DNA of 64,000 nucleotides from a virus: IMG/VR virus record IMGVR_UViG_3300042885_000570, positions 1 to 64,000 of that record; one strand, 5' to 3'. Shown piece by piece: positions 57,415 to 64,000 of this stretch (position 1 is its first letter; each line of letters starts with the position of its first letter). The notes under the pieces were generated by a model. It saw only the letters and a program-made list of their open reading frames with translations, ran no database searches and was not told where the DNA came from. The position numbers and the translations under genes were made by a program.

Positions 57415-58668
57415 TTAAAATCTTTTAAACATACTACTACCAGATGATCTTGATATTGTATTGTTACTTGTAGTTTTTCTTGCTTGTTGTTTTTCATCTA
57501 CAGTATTTGAAGATGCAATCTTTTTAGCCTCTTCAGTTTTTAACATTCTTACTGTTTTTTCTGTTGCAACTTTAGTACCTTGATCTTTTATCTTAGCTCT
57601 GTATCCTTCTGGATCTGCTAATAACCATAGTGCTTCAGCAATAAGATCATGTCTTGGTTCTACAAACTGATACTTCTCTAATAGGTGACCTAACATATTT
57701 GTAGGCTTACCTGATATTGAAGGATAGTTTGGTTGAACTAATCCACTATACAGCATGTTCTGTGTTTTCTTATCAAGCTTAACTCCATCAAGTTCTCCTG
57801 TTGACAATACGTTATATACATTATCCGTATATACTTTTGCAGCTTGAACTTGTTGCTCTTTCTTAGTTTCTTGTTCTGCTAGTTTTCTAGATACAATCTC
57901 TTCCTGCATTCTATCCAACTTAGGTTTAAACTGTTTAGCTTTTTGTCCTAACTTATCTACATCTGCCCAATCTTCAATCTCTGACTCTATTTCCTCTGGT
58001 GTACCAAAGTTTGTAGCGTATAAGTATTGTCTTGCAATCTCAGCTTGATGATTCTCATCTTCTGGATCTAATTCAAATACTTCTTCTACTTGAGCAAGAG
58101 TTCTAAATAATCCTTTAAGATCTTGTCCACCATCAGCTACATATTTAGCTGCAGTTTTCAATTCATCAGGTAAAGCATTAAAAAACTCTTTTGGCACATC
58201 TTCTTTAATCTTTCTCTCTTTCTCTTGAAAGTTAGCTTCAAACAACTCTCTAAAGTCTTTAGTAGTATAATCCTCTAGATCTTTATCATCATCAAATCCA
58301 AAAAGTGTACCTTCTTCAATCATCTTAGAAGCTAACTCATATAAACCTGACTTATCTACTTTAGGTCTACCTTTATTACCTGCTTCTTCTTCCTGAGCAA
58401 TAAGTCCATCTAATTCATCAATTGTCTCTTGAACTTCTTCCTTAGTGATTGTTTGCTCTGCAGTATCTTGTTTAGTTGTTACACCAGTTTTACTATCAAG
58501 GAACTCATAATCAGTTTTAGCATCTTTAGAAAAAAGAGACTTTTTCTCTTCTTCCTCTTCTGGTAGCATCACGTTATCCGCTCCAGGCATTCCAAATAAT
58601 TCATCCAAGTTTACATCTACCTGTGAAACGGTAGTGTTATCTTGTGTTGCTTGCTCATCAGTATTCAT
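57415..58668 (-). CDS. Acidic scaffold-like protein
   Basis: Highly acidic, coiled-coil rich, between portal and major capsid genes. Confidence 0.65.
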   Translation of the reverse strand: MNTDEQATQDNTTVSQVDVNLDELFGMPGADNVMLPEEEEEKKSLFSKDAKTDYEFLDSKTGVTTKQDTAEQTITKEEVQETIDELDGLIAQEEEAGNKGRPKVDKSGLYELASKMIEEGTLFGFDDDKDLEDYTTKDFRELFEANFQEKERKIKEDVPKEFFNALPDELKTAAKYVADGGQDLKGLFRTLAQVEEVFELDPEDENHQAEIARQYLYATNFGTPEEIESEIEDWADVDKLGQKAKQFKPKLDRMQEEIVSRKLAEQETKKEQQVQAAKVYTDNVYNVLSTGELDGVKLDKKTQNMLYSGLVQPNYPSISGKPTNMLGHLLEKYQFVEPRHDLIAEALWLLADPEGYRAKIKDQGTKVATEKTVRMLKTEEAKKIASSNTVDEKQQARKTTSNNTISRSSGSSMFKRF

Positions 58669-58781
58669 ATGTTGGTCTTTATGTTACTATTAATAATATA
58701 AGTATTTTTTTTACAAATAAACTTCATATATTTAAAATAGACTATTTTTTAATATTGTTTTTTGCCACTATATAGCTAAGT

Positions 58782-61535
58782 CTATTTCTTCTTATTATCA
58801 GTTTTGCTTTTTGTATCAAATTTGTTCTTATTCTCTCTAGCAATTTGTAATTGTTTATCTGCTATTGACTGTTGTGCTTGTAGTTTTTCTCTTTCAAGTT
58901 GCATCTTTTGAGAATCTGAAGATTGTCTATTTGATTCTTTTTGTCTTTCAAGATTCATCTGACTAGTAAATTGCTCAGACTTTTGTATATCTCTCATTGA
59001 ATCAGTAAAATCAGACATTTGATTTTGATTAATATCTTGAGTAGCACCAAATCCAGCAGCTCTAATTTCAGCAACAAGTATATCTCTTTGTCTATTTTTC
59101 TCTTCTCTGATATCTGTATTATCAGATTTAAGTTTTTCTGCTTGAGCTTGAGCTTGTAATTGCTGTTCTTGCATTTGTTGTTGATGCTGCATTTCTGCAT
59201 CTTTCTGCGCTTTGATTTTTTGCTCAGAATCTTTAAGTACTGAGTTTAACTCAGCTATACTTTCTGATTGTACTAATTTACCTAAGTCATAGATAGATGC
59301 CCCAGTAGTATTATTATTTAAAGCCATATTTTTTAACTGTTCTAATACTGCTCTGTAATTAGCTTTAGTAGTTGCAAATATGTTTAAGTCTCTCATAAGC
59401 AAATCTGTACCATTAATCTGGAAGTTTACTTTCTCATCTGCACCAGTAACATAAGTTAATCTTGCTGATGGTTTAGTAGAGTGATAGAATTGAGCTAAGT
59501 CAGTTCTCATCTGATGTACTCTTGGCATTAAGTAATCTGAGTGTTGTATGAAATACATTTCAGTCTGTGCATAAGAAGCACCTACTGCTTGCTCAACTCC
59601 TGTTGCAGTTTGTTGAGAAAGTTGTTGTCCCATTCTTTGTGGGTTAATACCTATAACTTCATATGCTTGTTGTTTCATATATGTAGCTAACTGTATCCTT
59701 GACATCAACCTATTTGTTTGTTCTAGGTCTAGTTTTTGGAAATGCTGAAAGTTTAAAGCATTTTCTGTATTAGTAATACTGGTATCTAAAGGAAGCATCT
59801 GAAAATTCTTCATTGCTACATATGCTTTAGCTAAGTTGTTCTTACCCCAATCTTCACCCATTGAGTGTCTTGGTAATGCATTCTGATCAAGTAAGATAAC
59901 TGTACCTAGTTCATCTACTAGTATATCCGCTATTTGGTTATTAACAATGTTATATCCTATTTGGAAAGGTTTCATTAAATCAATCAATGCAGTTGACTTA
60001 GTATTTCTATCTGAGAATACTGCACCCTCTACTGGTAGTTTACATCCGTAGATAGAGTTATCACCTTTAAATTGAAATCTTAATGGTCCTATATTTTGTT
60101 TATCAATACCAATATATAGTGGAGTAAATCCACCAGGATTATTCATACCCCAGAATGATGGAATATTAGGTCCAATTTTTACACCACCCCATACTTCATT
60201 AATCCAGATCCAATCTATGTGCTCTCCGTATACTAGATTATCTTTAGTTTTGTTTTTAAAGAGTCTTGTATCATATATAGGATTATCAGTTACTTTATAG
60301 TCTTCTGTAATAATCTCTGTTATTACTTCACCTGAGTCAGTAATTTTAGTTAAGTGACCTACTTTTCTCTGAGATTTCCAGTAACCTGTAGTTACTCTCA
60401 ACAAGTATGCAGTACCTTGATCATAATAATCTTCACCTTCTCTTAAGATGTAGTTTACAATATCACCCGCATTGAAAATATTATTAGCTGCTGCAGTAGA
60501 ATATTGACGCATACCTAGTGAAGGCATGTTAGTATTCCACTCATGTGATTTAGTAGCATCATAAAATGATCCGTCATTTTGTACACCACCAATATTATAT
60601 CCTGCTGATCTAATTGGATAGATAGCTTCTAGTGATGCCATCTGATCTTCATTCATCATATATCCATACTTATCAATAACATCTGATACAGTTAACATAT
60701 CTGTTTTACCAACCCAGTTAGATTGTGATATATATCTTGCATCAGGAGATTTGTGATAAAATGTAAGTACAGGATTCCATAACTCTACGTCATAGTCATC
60801 TTCCATCATACGCATATGCCAGAATTCTCTATCTGTAATAAGCATATCTCTGAAACCTCTTTCCTCTAACTCATCCATTCTAAATCTTTCAACATCTACT
60901 TCATGTTGGTGAGTAGCCCATTGCTCTACCATTGATCTATAATCCTTTTTAAAGAATTGTTCAATCTCTGGTAATGATTTTAATTTTTCTGGATTCAATT
61001 GTTGTTGTGCCTCTTCAGATTCAGGATCCATACCTTGTTCTACCATTGCAGCAATAATTTTCATGCTTGCATCAGACATAAGTACATCCTCTACCATCTG
61101 TCTTTTTTGCTCCATCATCTCATTATAAGATCCTTCATCTACTGCACGGTATGATAACTTACTTGATCTTTTAGCAAACTCAGCTACAAGAACATTAATA
61201 ACATTAGGGATGATTGGATAAAACTTTAACTCAAGTGCGGATGCATCTTCTTTAGTAAGCGTCTCAATGATATCTCTGTAGTCATTGTCTTCTTCAACTA
61301 TATAGTCAGTTCTATCAATAACACCTTTAGCTAACTTATAGTTTTTCATTAGCCTACGCGCGTTTCTTTTAATCTGTTTAAGACCATTCCACTCTAACCA
61401 GTCAAGATTCCATGCAGCCCACTTGTCATCTTTTTCCTTTTTAGGAATAAACTGTAATGGTTGCGTAATACTACCTAATCTATTGTGTTCTGTTTTAGCT
61501 CCGTTTTTGAGCTGAAGGGCATTATATACTTGCAT
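58782..61535 (-). CDS. Portal protein
   Basis: 917 aa after terL; FYPIIPN.IN.L.AE, WINEVW.G.KIG, S..L.D.MKPFQI.YNIV.N, IGI.PQR.G; Q-rich coiled-coil C-terminus. Confidence 0.88.
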   Translation of the reverse strand: MQVYNALQLKNGAKTEHNRLGSITQPLQFIPKKEKDDKWAAWNLDWLEWNGLKQIKRNARRLMKNYKLAKGVIDRTDYIVEEDNDYRDIIETLTKEDASALELKFYPIIPNVINVLVAEFAKRSSKLSYRAVDEGSYNEMMEQKRQMVEDVLMSDASMKIIAAMVEQGMDPESEEAQQQLNPEKLKSLPEIEQFFKKDYRSMVEQWATHQHEVDVERFRMDELEERGFRDMLITDREFWHMRMMEDDYDVELWNPVLTFYHKSPDARYISQSNWVGKTDMLTVSDVIDKYGYMMNEDQMASLEAIYPIRSAGYNIGGVQNDGSFYDATKSHEWNTNMPSLGMRQYSTAAANNIFNAGDIVNYILREGEDYYDQGTAYLLRVTTGYWKSQRKVGHLTKITDSGEVITEIITEDYKVTDNPIYDTRLFKNKTKDNLVYGEHIDWIWINEVWGGVKIGPNIPSFWGMNNPGGFTPLYIGIDKQNIGPLRFQFKGDNSIYGCKLPVEGAVFSDRNTKSTALIDLMKPFQIGYNIVNNQIADILVDELGTVILLDQNALPRHSMGEDWGKNNLAKAYVAMKNFQMLPLDTSITNTENALNFQHFQKLDLEQTNRLMSRIQLATYMKQQAYEVIGINPQRMGQQLSQQTATGVEQAVGASYAQTEMYFIQHSDYLMPRVHQMRTDLAQFYHSTKPSARLTYVTGADEKVNFQINGTDLLMRDLNIFATTKANYRAVLEQLKNMALNNNTTGASIYDLGKLVQSESIAELNSVLKDSEQKIKAQKDAEMQHQQQMQEQQLQAQAQAEKLKSDNTDIREEKNRQRDILVAEIRAAGFGATQDINQNQMSDFTDSMRDIQKSEQFTSQMNLERQKESNRQSSDSQKMQLEREKLQAQQSIADKQLQIARENKNKFDTKSKTDNKKK

Positions 61536-61541
61536 ATCTTT

Positions 61542-63746
61542 TTATTTTAAATTTTTAAATGGTGACCTGTTTAGTTTTTGACCTTCACCTAATCCACTTC
61601 TTCCTATATGTCTAAAAGGACTACTCTTTAATTTATACAAATTTTTTGACTTATCCAATTTTAAACTTGCATCATCCATAACAACTCTCTTTGCATAACC
61701 AATATTTGCTTGTTGTATTTTTAAGAAAGACACTAGTGCAGCAAAGGCTACAAGCCTATCCACGTTGAGTCCATCTTGATAAGCTTGCATTTCTTTAAGT
61801 AACATAATATCTGGAATCCTTTCTACTCCATAATGTATCTTAACAGTAGTACCATCATCTTTCTGTATATGATCTATTTCTTCAGATAAGAAATCTTGAG
61901 TATAACTGATCATATGATTCTTGAATAGTACACCTGTATTTCTCCATCCATACTCTTGGAATACATTAGCATTAGCTCCTACATCTTTTAAGAATACTAT
62001 TTGGTTTCTTGGTACTAGGTATCTTTGTTTCTTTCTAGCTAGCATATGATTTATAAACTGTGAGATATTGTTCTCCACAATTGTAAAGGCATTATACCAT
62101 TCTATTATTAGTTCTAGTCTCTCATGTGTTTTATTGATATCATCAAATCTTCCGCACCATGCTGCTACAATCTTGTCTCTTTCTATAAATGTCTCAGCCT
62201 CACCGTTAGTAATCTTAGTCACTTCAACCGGTGCTTTCATTACATAGATGGAACATAGTGATTCTGAGGTAGTTGTCTTACCTTCTGCAACAGGGTCAAT
62301 ACTTGCATAGTACATTCCATATGTAGGATCAGGTACTGGTCTTTCCCATACTACTAGTGTACCAGTTTTATCTTCTGTCTTTTTAGATATAGGAAACTCT
62401 GATATTGGTAATTTATTTGTAGATTTTACTTTTACTTTACCTGTCTCATCTCTAGATATATCTAGATGCTCTGATGAATATTCTTTTTCTTCTATTCTTC
62501 TTATCTGTGCATTAACTAAATGAGGAGGAAACTTAGCTGCTTTTCTAAATGCAAATGCCTCTTCTATATTTCTTGGATGCTGAGAAACCTCAAGTTGATA
62601 ATCTTTAGCTTCCTTGTTTTTCTTTATCTCTTCAAAATATTCATCTAATGCTACTAATGCTTCTTCAACAAGTGAATTACCATAGTCATCTATGTAAGGT
62701 GGCATTGACCACTGCTCAGGTATAAATAAACCTGACTGACCTATTGTACCATCTTTATCTATAAGATTAGTGTCTACAGGATATATATCATTACTAGTAG
62801 GATCAAGTATCATTTTCTTTAAAGGCTCACATTGTTCCAAATCCCCTACTGATCCTGCTGCTATAAATAATCCAGTGGTTATCATACCTGATTTAAGTGC
62901 TGGTTTGATATATCCAAATGTAGTATCCATCTTAGGAGCAATTCCTGCTTCTTCATGAAAGAAGAACTTAACCGGACCCCCAACACCATTTGTTGGATCT
63001 TTCTCAAATGACATACCTTGCATAGTACCTTTAAGTCCTACTTCAGCTTTTCTATCACCTTTTCTTATCTCAATCTTTTGTTGCCACATCATCACCTTGT
63101 CTGGAGACATAGGTCTATACCATGCCGTGTGCTCATTTAAGAATGCTGCGTACTCTGATAAGAATTTCCACGTACCTTTCTCATTAATGTAATCTTTCAG
63201 GGAGGCACCCATCTTTAGAGTAACCCCTGCTTCAAACCATAACTGATTAATAAGCTTACCTGCGTGAAAATATGATGATGCTATCTGACGTTTTTTAAGA
63301 ATAGCTACGTGCATGTAATTTATCTCTGCAAGTATTTCATATAACGCCATATGATATTGAGCATCTCTTATCTTAGCAAATCCAAACTTTTGCTCCTCCT
63401 TATCAAAGATAGGTAAGAAGTTTAACCACATGTAATAATCTCTAGTAAGATACCATGACTTATTATTTGCTTTAACTATTACACCTAATCTGCATTTAGC
63501 TTTCTGGTCATCCCAGTATTTAATAAAATCTTTAGATTTAAATGGAGCTACACAATATACCTTGTCCCTGTTGAATCTTGTAGACTCAGAATTAAATATG
63601 GCATTAGTATTTTCATCAAATTCATACTCACCTGGTTCTCTAAATATTGACTTTATATAATCACCAAAATCTTTTCTACTATCAAATGTAGTAGTAGTCC
63701 AGGTACCATTATCCCAGGTTGGTATATTTGTATATATGTTTTCCAT
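61542..63746 (-). CDS. terL: Terminase large subunit
   Basis: Walker A-like LKKRQIASS, Walker B FFHEEAG, coupling motif GSVG, nuclease YASIDPV, IVENN and NVDRLVA. Confidence 0.92.
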   Translation of the reverse strand: MENIYTNIPTWDNGTWTTTTFDSRKDFGDYIKSIFREPGEYEFDENTNAIFNSESTRFNRDKVYCVAPFKSKDFIKYWDDQKAKCRLGVIVKANNKSWYLTRDYYMWLNFLPIFDKEEQKFGFAKIRDAQYHMALYEILAEINYMHVAILKKRQIASSYFHAGKLINQLWFEAGVTLKMGASLKDYINEKGTWKFLSEYAAFLNEHTAWYRPMSPDKVMMWQQKIEIRKGDRKAEVGLKGTMQGMSFEKDPTNGVGGPVKFFFHEEAGIAPKMDTTFGYIKPALKSGMITTGLFIAAGSVGDLEQCEPLKKMILDPTSNDIYPVDTNLIDKDGTIGQSGLFIPEQWSMPPYIDDYGNSLVEEALVALDEYFEEIKKNKEAKDYQLEVSQHPRNIEEAFAFRKAAKFPPHLVNAQIRRIEEKEYSSEHLDISRDETGKVKVKSTNKLPISEFPISKKTEDKTGTLVVWERPVPDPTYGMYYASIDPVAEGKTTTSESLCSIYVMKAPVEVTKITNGEAETFIERDKIVAAWCGRFDDINKTHERLELIIEWYNAFTIVENNISQFINHMLARKKQRYLVPRNQIVFLKDVGANANVFQEYGWRNTGVLFKNHMISYTQDFLSEEIDHIQKDDGTTVKIHYGVERIPDIMLLKEMQAYQDGLNVDRLVAFAALVSFLKIQQANIGYAKRVVMDDASLKLDKSKNLYKLKSSPFRHIGRSGLGEGQKLNRSPFKNLK

Positions 63747-63748
63747 AA

Positions 63749-64000
63749 TTAAAGTCTTTTATAATGAAACCATTCAGGAGTTGTTATTGTTCCATTTAAG
63801 TATGCTCTTACAGTACTAAATGGTTTATTTAAAAATTCTGATAATTCTTTTCCTGAACCAAATATAGTATTAGTTTTAAGACACTTGATTGATTTTGCAT
63901 TATAATGTTTAGCACCTGAAACACTTATTTTAATTTTTAATTTAGTTTCATCTGAAACATGTGTTCCTGATCTAAAATTACGCATCTTATTTTTAGATTC
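63749..64000 (-). CDS. C-terminal DNA-binding part (NUMOD3 plus NUMOD1/HTH-like) of a putative homing endonuclease, truncated by window
   Basis: H.SDETK.KI..S.SG.KH.NAK.I.C......F.S..E...L; frame stays open to position 64000. Confidence 0.65.
   Translation of the reverse strand, partial: ESKNKMRNFRSGTHVSDETKLKIKISVSGAKHYNAKSIKCLKTNTIFGSGKELSEFLNKPFSTVRAYLNGTITTPEWFHYKRL

Noticed and set aside
1873-62958. Numerous short plus-strand ORFs and nested minus-strand ORFs in the track
   Set aside because: They lie wholly antisense to or inside long genes with recognisable motifs, and have shadow-ORF composition.
1917-63746. Stop-codon reassignment (TAG/TGA), known in some crAss-like phages
   Set aside because: Standard code gives uninterrupted multi-kb ORFs with dense packing. 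TAG (e.g. 51644, 58782) and TGA (42692) end genes at sensible boundaries.
55766-63746. Introns or inteins in terL, portal or MCP
   Set aside because: ORFs are continuous, of plausible length, and show no intein splice-junction motifs.
1-64000. tRNA or rRNA genes
   Set aside because: Intergenic gaps are short and no cloverleaf or T-loop motifs were seen by eye; tRNAscan was not run.

Overview
AT-rich (roughly 30% GC by eye) fragment of a lytic crAss-like (Crassvirales-type) phage, probably infecting Bacteroidetes/Flavobacteria. Positions 1-1736 are the end of a plus-strand module of small genes, including a MazG/PRA-PH-like pyrophosphohydrolase. A terminator at about 1744-1777 separates it from a 62-kb minus-strand virion block. 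Read from the right end, that block holds a truncated homing-endonuclease-like ORF, terminase large subunit, portal, acidic scaffold-like protein, major capsid protein, a cluster of very basic low-complexity proteins, ring/auxiliary capsid/hub proteins, cysteine-rich fibre proteins, an HU/IHF-like protein, two more ring proteins, a muzzle/tail-stabilization protein, four cargo-like proteins and three giant ejected proteins (2259, 4015 and 1099 aa). The 4015-aa protein is a two-barrel virion RNA polymerase. Four observations stand out. (1) The three giant proteins total 7373 aa but contain only four cysteines, all at adjoining termini, suggesting a head-to-tail disulfide-linked ejection chain. 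(2) Roughly 430-bp and 1-kb domain cassettes bounded by 20-40 bp direct repeats sit inside injected proteins, including DUF4326-, SLOG- and ADP-ribosyltransferase-like domains on the RNA polymerase. (3) A recurring xxxGG peptide motif punctuates many internal virion proteins. (4) The outer virion proteins are strongly cysteine-rich. All family assignments come from motif recognition and gene order; no database searches were run.
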